From a virus (Duplodnaviria; Caudoviricetes): a stretch of DNA of 46,902 bases. The notes beneath the pieces were generated by a model that was given only the letters and a program-made list of their open reading frames with translations, did not search any database and was not told the origin of the DNA. The position numbers and the translations under genes are program-made. Positions 26,426 through 33,464 of this stretch are shown here, in pieces (the first letter of the stretch is position 1; the number at the start of each line of letters is the position of its first letter). The stretch spans positions 1-46,902 of the IMG/VR virus record IMGVR_UViG_3300020440_000025. The stretch is one strand, 5' to 3'.

Positions 26426-26627
26426 CTTCTTTTACCCCTTTGATTTTCATCTCCAACATCTTCGCTTGGTTGCGGATGTTCTGATACTGAGCCCGGTTCT
26501 CATCGTCTGACTCATCAATGAGGAATGAATGTCCAACGTCCATCTCTTCAAGCACTTCTCTCCACTTGTTGTTCTGAGTTCTGAAGCTATCCCGAAGGGG
26601 AACGTCCTTCTCGATTTTAACTTTCAT
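26391..26627 (-). CDS. Small putative DNA-binding protein (78 aa)
   Basis: MKVKIEKDVPL...EMDVGHSFLI...RIYRVE; first gene of the leftward operon. Confidence 0.65.
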   Translation of the reverse strand: MKVKIEKDVPLRDSFRTQNNKWREVLEEMDVGHSFLIDESDDENRAQYQNIRNQAKMLEMKIKGVKEDEHHRRIYRVE

Positions 26628-26654
26628 GATTCTCTCTTCTATTTAGTTAGACAT

Positions 26655-26683
26655 ACTATATAGAGTATAAAAATCTTTTTCAA
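26655..26683 (-). promoter_or_regulatory. Sigma70 promoter of the leftward replication operon
   Basis: Minus strand reads TTGAAA-N17-TATAGT. Confidence 0.65.
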
Positions 26684-26702
26684 AACTTTTTTTAAAAAAG
26701 TG

Positions 26703-26731
26703 TTGACATTAGTTTTACATAGGTCCAGTAT
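26703..26731 (+). promoter_or_regulatory. Sigma70 promoter of the rightward replication operon
   Basis: Perfect TTGACA followed by N17-CAGTAT (weak -10), with A/T tracts upstream. Confidence 0.5.
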
Positions 26732-26774
26732 CGTTTTTGTAGAGAAGAGGAAAGGTAAGGAAAAGGAGAAGTCT

Positions 26775-27185
26775 ATGACTTTTGATGAACTGTTAGATGC
26801 ATTAAAAACGTACCAAGATATGGTGGCAGGTCTGAATGTTAATATCAAGAAGATCAAACGCCAGATTCTAGAAACCAAAGAAGCGCAAGATGGCATTGCG
26901 CCAATCCGAAATGAAGGTGGGCAGAGGAAGGTAGATAACCTCACCCTCGAAATCAAACGCACATATAACTGGGACCAAGACGCTTTACACACGTTCTATT
27001 ACCAGCAAGCCGATGACACGCTTCCTTCTTTCATCACCCGAAGCACCGTCTATAAAGTCGATCAACGTAAGTATCAGTCCTGGGCTACGCAGAATCCTGC
27101 GGAGAATCTCAAGATTGGATCTGCCTTGTCGGTCAAGCTAGGCGAACCTTCGATTAAATCCATAGATATTAAGGAGGAAAAGTGA
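26775..27185 (+). CDS. Hypothetical protein of the recombination module
   Basis: ORF track 26700..27185; AAGGAG RBS precedes ATG 26775; coiled-coil N-terminus. Confidence 0.7.
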   Translation: MTFDELLDALKTYQDMVAGLNVNIKKIKRQILETKEAQDGIAPIRNEGGQRKVDNLTLEIKRTYNWDQDALHTFYYQQADDTLPSFITRSTVYKVDQRKYQSWATQNPAENLKIGSALSVKLGEPSIKSIDIKEEK

Positions 27186-27976
27186 TGTCGCTACTTGCAC
27201 AAGTTACGACACAAAACGTGGCCACTGGGCCACAAGGCTACCCCCCTATGAGGCTCAACATTCAAGGCACTGACGGCATCGGTAAATCTACCTTCGCCAG
27301 CAAAGCTGACGATGTGATCTTCTTACAGGCAGAGGATGGGCTAGGCTTCTTAGAAGCTGCAAGATTTCCCAAGGCTGACACTTGGCAGGATCTCTTAGAG
27401 CAAACTAAGTCTCTCGCCAACGAAGATCATCCATACAAGACAATGTGTCTTGACACCACGGATGCCGCCTCTCTCCTTGCAGAGCAACATGTCTGTGAGA
27501 AGAACAACTGGGACTCTATTGAGACACCCGGTTACGGTAAGGGGTACACAGCAGTACGAGAACTCTGGGTGCATTTACTCAATGGCTTTCAGGTGTGTCA
27601 CAAGACAAAGAATATGAACATCATTCTCTTGTCTCATGTGGCCGTCAAGCCGTTCAATGATGCGATCCACGAGCCTTATGACCGATGGGAGATGCGATGC
27701 CATAAGAGCGTCAATTCACTCATCAAAGACTGGGTAGATTTTAATTTCTTTGCAAACTTTGAAGTGAACATACAGAAGGACGGCAGTAAGAATCGTGGCG
27801 TGAGCTACGGCAACCGGGCTTTGTACACCAAGTTCGCTGCAGGGTATGACGCAAAGAGCAGAGTTGATCTGCCTCAAAAAATTGATTTCGAGTGGAGCTC
27901 ATTCATTCAAGCTTATCTTGCTGCGATGGCTCCTCAACAACCACAACCCACACCTAAAGCAAAGGGAGCTAAATAA
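27182..27976 (+). CDS. AAA_24 / Sak4-like ATPase (ssDNA annealing)
   Basis: Walker A GTDGIGKS, EDG, MCLDT, GYGKGY, IILLSH, AKSR; adjacent to an SSB-like gene. Confidence 0.8.
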   Translation: MMSLLAQVTTQNVATGPQGYPPMRLNIQGTDGIGKSTFASKADDVIFLQAEDGLGFLEAARFPKADTWQDLLEQTKSLANEDHPYKTMCLDTTDAASLLAEQHVCEKNNWDSIETPGYGKGYTAVRELWVHLLNGFQVCHKTKNMNIILLSHVAVKPFNDAIHEPYDRWEMRCHKSVNSLIKDWVDFNFFANFEVNIQKDGSKNRGVSYGNRALYTKFAAGYDAKSRVDLPQKIDFEWSSFIQAYLAAMAPQQPQPTPKAKGAK

Positions 27977-27978
27977 TT

Positions 27979-28542
27979 ATGGGTATACTTGATCAAGGCG
28001 TAGACTGGAGTGGCGTAGATGAATCATCACAAGGTGATTTCTCTCCCATTCCTGAAGGGCAGTACACTATCGAGGGTGTTTCTTTCAAAGAGCGCGATTA
28101 CCAAAGTGGGAACCAAGGTGTTGACATTCAGTTCAAGATCAACGGTCCCACCCATGAGAATCGTAGGGTCTTTGAGACGTTTGTTTTGACTGGCAACAAT
28201 CCTAACGTGGCCATTGGAAGACTCAAGTCTTTCATGCGAGGCACAGGGATTGATGTGGACAACATCCCACTCAATGCACAGTCACTGAGTCAGGCGATGA
28301 ATCGTCCGACACAGGCAAACATAGGTATTGAAGCTGGCACTGGCGGCTATCCAGACAAGAACAAGGTGAAGTCGTTCCTGACTCCACAAGTTCAGGCTCC
28401 GATGCAACCTCAACCCCAGGCACCGATGCAACCTGCACCACAAATGCAGGCTCCGGTTCAGCCACAGGTTCAGGTGCAGCCTCAACAACCACAGGTTCAA
28501 CCTCAACAACCAGTTGGTAATCAGCCAACTAATTGGCAATAA
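27979..28542 (+). CDS. DUF669-like single-stranded DNA-binding protein
   Basis: FSPIPEGQY...GPTHENRRVF...NKVKSF with a Q/P-rich tail ending in W; follows the Sak4-like ATPase. Confidence 0.75.
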   Translation: MGILDQGVDWSGVDESSQGDFSPIPEGQYTIEGVSFKERDYQSGNQGVDIQFKINGPTHENRRVFETFVLTGNNPNVAIGRLKSFMRGTGIDVDNIPLNAQSLSQAMNRPTQANIGIEAGTGGYPDKNKVKSFLTPQVQAPMQPQPQAPMQPAPQMQAPVQPQVQVQPQQPQVQPQQPVGNQPTNWQ

Positions 28543-28543
28543 T

Positions 28544-28646
28544 CTAGTGGGGGGGATCACCTTCAGGCGAGTGGCCGCGTCTGTGAGCGGTGTACGCTCC
28601 CCCTCTAGTTTTTCATGGATAGCGTATATCGCATCGGCCACACTCG
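28544..28646 (+). promoter_or_regulatory. Structured leader RNA upstream of the RAMP-like gene
   Basis: Nested stems 28568-28577/28635-28646 and 28587-28598/28621-28632. Loop segment 28599-28608 can pair with 28544-28553. Confidence 0.5.
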
Positions 28647-28662
28647 ATTGGAGAAAATAGAA

Positions 28663-29316
28663 ATGAGTGAACTAACTCAAGCACAAATAAAAATTACACC
28701 TTTTAAAATTAGTAGGTTTCAAATAGCCATCAAAGGATTGAGTCCACTGGTCATGCATGCGTGGTCAGAGAAGGCAAAGCGCATGGTAAGAATGACTCCG
28801 ACAGAACGGAAGAAGTTACCAAAAGAAGAGCGGACACCGGAAGAGACAGCACACGAGTGCGCCTACCGATGTGATGATGAAAGCTTCGGCCTTCCCATTG
28901 ATGCCTTCAAGAAAGCTGTGACATCAGCAGCACACACCGATGATGGCGTGGCAAAGACTGTAATCAGGAAGGCTTTGTTTGTTCTTCCGCATGACAAGTC
29001 TGGCAACGTACCTCTTGTTTATGACTCAGAACCAATTGTCACTGAAGACAAGGTGACGGTAGGTCGAGGGGCAACTGACCTTCGGTATCGACTTTACTTC
29101 CATGACTGGTCAGCAGTCTTCACCATCGACATTGACACCACTCAGCTAAATGTTCAGGACGTTGTGACGCTTGTTCAGAGAGCAGGATACGGTGTTGGTA
29201 TTGGTGACTGGAGGCCACAAAGGGACGGAGACAAAGGTCGTTTTGAAGTTGATACCACTCAAGGCATCAAACAACTTGACATGATCACTAACGAGATCGT
29301 TGGAGAGGTGGTGTGA
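28663..29316 (+). CDS. Stand-alone RAMP / Cas7-like RNA-binding protein
   Basis: 217 aa from ATG 28663 (TTGGAG RBS). RAMP-like motif order: IAIKGLSPLVMH, FGLPIDAFKKAV, RYRLYFHDWSAVFTI, then Gly-rich loop AGYGVGIGDWRPQRDGDKGRFEV. Confidence 0.7.
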   Translation: MSELTQAQIKITPFKISRFQIAIKGLSPLVMHAWSEKAKRMVRMTPTERKKLPKEERTPEETAHECAYRCDDESFGLPIDAFKKAVTSAAHTDDGVAKTVIRKALFVLPHDKSGNVPLVYDSEPIVTEDKVTVGRGATDLRYRLYFHDWSAVFTIDIDTTQLNVQDVVTLVQRAGYGVGIGDWRPQRDGDKGRFEVDTTQGIKQLDMITNEIVGEVV

Positions 29317-29792
29317 TGGAGAAAGCAAGTTGGAGAAAGGGTGCTAGGTTTACAAAGATAGATCCTGATCTAGCCTATGCTGAGATGGAATCCATCAGAG
29401 AAGAAGAGGGTCAGCTAACCGCTGACCTGCTTCTTGAAAAAGCGAGGGATGGTTCTAACGTCCTTCACTCTGCATTTGAATGGAACGATTCAAAAGCAGG
29501 GCATATGTATCGTAAGCAACAAGCGATGCAGATGATCAAGTCTATTGAGATTGTCGTAGAGGAGCTACCTCAAGAAGAAAAAACCATCAAGTATTGGCAC
29601 ATCGTTAAGGGAGAAGAAGAGCCTTCTGTTAAATCCTATGTTCCAAAAGAAGAGGCTCTGGCAGATCCAGAAGCGAGAGCAAAGATGGTTCTTAATGCAT
29701 ACAAGGAACTTAGAAACTTTAGGAAGAAGTACAAAGAACTGCATGAGTTAAATGCATTTCACGATCTTATTGATTCTTTAGTTCCAGATTAA
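29313..29792 (+). CDS. Partner protein of the RAMP-like gene (159 aa, helical)
   Basis: GTGATG overlap with the RAMP-like gene; LTADLLLEKAR...LHSAFEWNDSKAGHMYRKQQA; ends 3 nt before the pentamer array. Confidence 0.8.
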   Translation: MMEKASWRKGARFTKIDPDLAYAEMESIREEEGQLTADLLLEKARDGSNVLHSAFEWNDSKAGHMYRKQQAMQMIKSIEIVVEELPQEEKTIKYWHIVKGEEEPSVKSYVPKEEALADPEARAKMVLNAYKELRNFRKKYKELHELNAFHDLIDSLVPD

Positions 29793-29795
29793 CCT

Positions 29796-30080
29796 GGCAG
29801 GCAAGGCATGTCGGAGTGCGGTAGTGCGCGGTAGGGTGCGGTTCGGATAGGCAGGGCAGTGGGGGCAAGGCACGGAGCGGTATGGTCGGGAGTGGTATGG
29901 CGAGGTTTGGTTAGGCAGGCATGTCGGGGAATGTCGGGGTGGGGTGCTGTGGGGTGCGGTTTGGCTAGGTATGGCAGGCGCGGCGAGTCGTGGATAGTTC
30001 TGGTACGTTGCGGTGAGGTGAGGTATGGCAGGCTAGGCTAGGAGAGGTCGGGTGAGGTTAGGTGAGGTTAGGCATGGTTA
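29796..30080 (+). repeat. GGY-NN pentamer array, 5 units (candidate guide-RNA array)
   Basis: 285 nt = 5 x GGCA (29796, 29855, 29914, 29973, 30027) + 53 pentamers (11, 11, 11, 10, 10). 43 of 53 start with GG and 37 with GGY; the last two bases vary. Confidence 0.9.
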
Positions 30081-30108
30081 ATTTATTTGAAAAATACAGG
30101 AGGTTTAT

Positions 30109-30375
30109 ATGTCAGACGTTGTAGAGATGACACCGGAAGAAGAAAAGTTTGTTATTAATTTTACTGACAAGCTTCATGAGTTTATTTGTAACTCAGAGAA
30201 CGATGAGTTGGGATATGACTACCCCACTCTTATTCAAGAGGTGGTTGGGTTTTCAGTTTATTATGCGTACATGCATGTAGAAAACCCGGACCAAGTTACT
30301 TTTGCTCTTGGTAAAATTAAACAACTAGCTATCAAAGAAAGAAAAAAAGCAAATGAGGAGGTAGAGATACATTAA
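30109..30375 (+). CDS. Hypothetical protein (88 aa)
   Basis: AGGAGG RBS; abuts the helicase gene. Confidence 0.75.
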   Translation: MSDVVEMTPEEEKFVINFTDKLHEFICNSENDELGYDYPTLIQEVVGFSVYYAYMHVENPDQVTFALGKIKQLAIKERKKANEEVEIH

Positions 30376-32052
30376 ATGAAACTAAGAAACTATCAGAAAA
30401 AAGCCATGAACAAGGCTCTCTGTTGGTTTGAAAAAGAAACAAGCTATCCCCTGATCGTATTACCGACAGGGGCAGGGAAGACAGTAGTATTTGTATCCAT
30501 GATACAGGAACTCTATCTTCAAGATCCTAGCAAACGATTTCTTATTCTGGCCCACCGACAAGAGCTTATCACTCAAGCGAAAGACAAACTCTTATCTGTG
30601 TGGCCCAATGCACCAGTGGGCATACTCGCTGCCAGTCTCAAGGAGTTTGACAGCACAGCGCCCATCGTTATCGCAAGTCGGGATACCCTGGCTTCTAAGA
30701 CAAGGCTAGAGAAGAGTCTGCCTTTTGATTACATCATCATTGATGAAGCACACCATGTCGGGACGGAGAAACGATCCCGATACCGGAAGATCATTGATCA
30801 CTTTGAAGAGATTGGTTGTCCCAAGATCATGGGCGTGACGGCTACGCCATATCGTATGGGGCAGGGATACATCTATGGCATGGGTGACCATGTCTTTGGT
30901 GGCGTGGCACATCGAGCCCCTATCACCCAGCTTATCAAAGAAGGATTCTTATGCAGGCTATCTGCTTTCAAGGTGGCGGACGATGCCATCATTGATGCAT
31001 CCAAAGCAAGACTCAAGTTTAAAAACGGTGACTACCGTGAGTCTGACTTGGAGCAGTTGGCCATGGTTGATCAGACCATCATTGCAATCGTCAACGACTG
31101 GATAGACAAGGCGTACACCAAGGGTAGAACCAGCACTGTATTCTTCTGTGTATCTGTTGAACACGCTCACAAGATGAACCGTTATCTTCTTGATCACGGC
31201 ATCAAGTCAGCTTGTGTGACCGGAGAGACACCCACGGATGAGAGAGAGGAGATCCTTGAATCATTTGAGGACGGTAAGATTAATGCGCTGTGCAACGTGG
31301 CCGTGTTGACAGAGGGGTGGGATGCCCCCAGGACAGACTGTATTGCACTGCTCAGACCCACCAAGTCGCTTGGCCTGTATGTTCAGATATGTGGGCGTGG
31401 CATGAGGCCATGGGGCGAAGAGAAAGAGAACTGCATGCTTTTAGATTACGGTGGGAACATGCTTCGTCATGGATGCATAGACGTTGCCAAGCCAGAGCGC
31501 AACAAGCGTGATGAAGAGCTCGGCAATGAGAAGCCTAAGATCTGGATTTGTGATGAGTGCTTGGCGGTCAATGACATGGACTACAAGAAGTGCATAGAGT
31601 GCGATGCGAGTAAACCTGCACCACCTCCTCCGCTTCAGATCGTAGAGTCGGTCAAAGAAACAGAGGCATCTGAGACTACCATCGCTGCACAAGGTAGCGT
31701 GTTGTCTGATGAGATGGCAGGGGAAGCACCAGTCAGAGAGAGATCAGAGCCTGTCGAGTGGGTTCGGGCTGAGAGCGCTATATCTAAGAACGGTAATCAG
31801 TATTTGAAGATTATGTTCAAGAGCAAAGAAAACTATTGGCCGTACAGCACTGCGCTCATGATCAACATGCGAGGTAAACCTGCTGAGATAGCTAGAAAAA
31901 AATGGCGCATCATGTCAAAGAATCAGCCATGTCCTAGTGATGTAGATGATGCAGTGAAGGCAGTGAATGTGTATGGATTATTTAAGGAGATCAAACGTGT
32001 CAACGTCAGAAAAGAAGGAAAGTATTGGAATGTTATCGGAGTCGGTTTTTGA
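30376..32052 (+). CDS. Superfamily 2 DNA helicase (RadD/YejH-like)
   Basis: PTGAGKT, DEAHH, TATP, LTEGWD and QICGRGMR, plus a C-terminal CDEC...CIEC zinc finger. Confidence 0.92.
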   Translation: MKLRNYQKKAMNKALCWFEKETSYPLIVLPTGAGKTVVFVSMIQELYLQDPSKRFLILAHRQELITQAKDKLLSVWPNAPVGILAASLKEFDSTAPIVIASRDTLASKTRLEKSLPFDYIIIDEAHHVGTEKRSRYRKIIDHFEEIGCPKIMGVTATPYRMGQGYIYGMGDHVFGGVAHRAPITQLIKEGFLCRLSAFKVADDAIIDASKARLKFKNGDYRESDLEQLAMVDQTIIAIVNDWIDKAYTKGRTSTVFFCVSVEHAHKMNRYLLDHGIKSACVTGETPTDEREEILESFEDGKINALCNVAVLTEGWDAPRTDCIALLRPTKSLGLYVQICGRGMRPWGEEKENCMLLDYGGNMLRHGCIDVAKPERNKRDEELGNEKPKIWICDECLAVNDMDYKKCIECDASKPAPPPPLQIVESVKETEASETTIAAQGSVLSDEMAGEAPVRERSEPVEWVRAESAISKNGNQYLKIMFKSKENYWPYSTALMINMRGKPAEIARKKWRIMSKNQPCPSDVDDAVKAVNVYGLFKEIKRVNVRKEGKYWNVIGVGF

Positions 32053-33118
32053 TGAGATAGATCAACAGATCTCTGATCAGAATGATCCTTATCGCACACA
32101 CCTTGGGTTCAGTGTGATTGGTGATGACGATGAGAGGAAGGGGTGGATGTCTTATCACTGGTCACTTCCTTCATCATTTGAAGGCAGGATGCTACGACTC
32201 TTCGATCTGGGCAACCGGATTGAGGATCAAGTGGTGGACAACATAGCCAACACCACAGTCATGCAGGTGTCTGCACTGGACAATCAAGGCAACCAATACC
32301 GGGGATCTATCCTAGGTGGCCATGTGGGTGGGGCATGCGATGGATTTCTTCGCAATGTTCCAGGCTATGATGAGAACAAAGTATTCTTGCTTGAGGTCAA
32401 GTCGGCTAACGACAAGCGCTTCAAATCATTGGTTAAGATGCAGGACTACCAAGGATGGTCTAAGACTTATCAGTGGCAGATACACTGCTACATGGGGCTC
32501 TTCAATGTCGATAAGACCATGGTGATCGTGGTCAACAAGAACGACAGCAATGTGTATACGGAGATCATAGACTTCAATCCCAGTATCTGGGAGCAAGCGC
32601 AAGAGAGAGCAGAGCGATTGGTGTTCAGCAACAAGATCCCTGACGGCATGAGCGAGAACGACTGGCGGTTGAAGAACTCACCTTCTGTATACCGGGATGT
32701 ATACCTAGGCAAGCGTTTGCCACCGTCTGTTAACTGTCGTAACTGCAAGGATTGTAAGCCTCTTTCAGACGGATCTAAAGGCGATTGGTGGTGCAATAGA
32801 TCTGGTAAGGCATTGACACCACAAGAACAGAGAAACGGCTGTAGAGATCACCTATGGCGGCCTGAGATGGTCAATGCAGATCATCTGCCAGACAAGAGCG
32901 AAAAGGACATGGTCTGTTATCAGGTCGGGATCTTTGAGTTCTACAACGTGACGGCAGACAAGCTGGGTGAGATGAAGTTCAGCAGCCCTGAGATGCGTGA
33001 GCTATCTAAAACAAACTATGACTTTGAAAGAATGAAGGAGATGTTTGAATACCGCACACAGTTTGATGGAGAGATCAGCCGTGTGCATGTAATGGATGAG
33101 GATAAAACTCCGTTCTAG
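32030..33118 (+). CDS. PD-(D/E)XK exonuclease (Cas4/RecB-like)
   Basis: HLGFSVIG, GACDG...LLEVKS, YQWQIHCYM and a Cys cluster CRNCKDC..WWC..GC. ORF track start is 31967; the likely start is 32030. Confidence 0.8.
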   Translation: MLSESVFDEIDQQISDQNDPYRTHLGFSVIGDDDERKGWMSYHWSLPSSFEGRMLRLFDLGNRIEDQVVDNIANTTVMQVSALDNQGNQYRGSILGGHVGGACDGFLRNVPGYDENKVFLLEVKSANDKRFKSLVKMQDYQGWSKTYQWQIHCYMGLFNVDKTMVIVVNKNDSNVYTEIIDFNPSIWEQAQERAERLVFSNKIPDGMSENDWRLKNSPSVYRDVYLGKRLPPSVNCRNCKDCKPLSDGSKGDWWCNRSGKALTPQEQRNGCRDHLWRPEMVNADHLPDKSEKDMVCYQVGIFEFYNVTADKLGEMKFSSPEMRELSKTNYDFERMKEMFEYRTQFDGEISRVHVMDEDKTPF

Positions 33119-33464
33119 GCGGCTCTCTTGGGTCCACGATAATTTGAATGACCAGCCCTGGATACAGGGCTTCGACCAGTTTCTTCTTTAACGTAAACAC
33201 CTGGGTGATCACACCCTTGGTGTCTTCTACGATGACATCTTCTCCGCATCGATAACGGAAGTCCGCAAAGTATTTGCAGATCTTCTTCCCCTCCACAACA
33301 CACTCATAGGGAACCTGCACTTCCAAGTCGGATATCTCTCCACGGTCTTGCATGCCTTTGAGGATTTTGTATCGAGCTCCTTCGAGTTTGGAGTCGAATG
33401 TGATGCCGTCATACTTGACTTTCTTTGCGTAGTATTTGCTTTTGTTCTTTCGTTTTGGAATCAA
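33075..33464 (-). CDS. DUF1064-family endonuclease (resolvase-like)
   Basis: KYYAKKV.YDGITFDSKLE.ARY...YFADFRY...VEDTKG..T.VF.LKKKL. Confidence 0.85.
   Translation of the reverse strand: MIPKRKNKSKYYAKKVKYDGITFDSKLEGARYKILKGMQDRGEISDLEVQVPYECVVEGKKICKYFADFRYRCGEDVIVEDTKGVITQVFTLKKKLVEALYPGLVIQIIVDPREPPRTEFYPHPLHAHG

Noticed and set aside
29859-30041. 60-aa Gly/Arg/Trp-rich ORF in the ORF track
   Set aside because: It is a translation artefact of the pentamer array: GTG start, no RBS, and 5-nt rather than 3-nt periodicity.
29796-30080. Canonical CRISPR array, simple microsatellite or G-quadruplex tract
   Set aside because: There are no 23-47 nt identical repeats with unique spacers. Conserved phase with diverse NN and regular GGCA breaks is not explained by slippage. 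G4 folding is possible but would not need this register.
30376-33118. SF2 helicase and Cas4-like nuclease as Cas3/Cas4 components of the RAMP locus
   Set aside because: A RadD-like helicase, PD-(D/E)XK nuclease, Sak4 and SSB form an ordinary phage replication/recombination module, and there is no HD domain or cas1/cas2. A functional link is not excluded but has no support.
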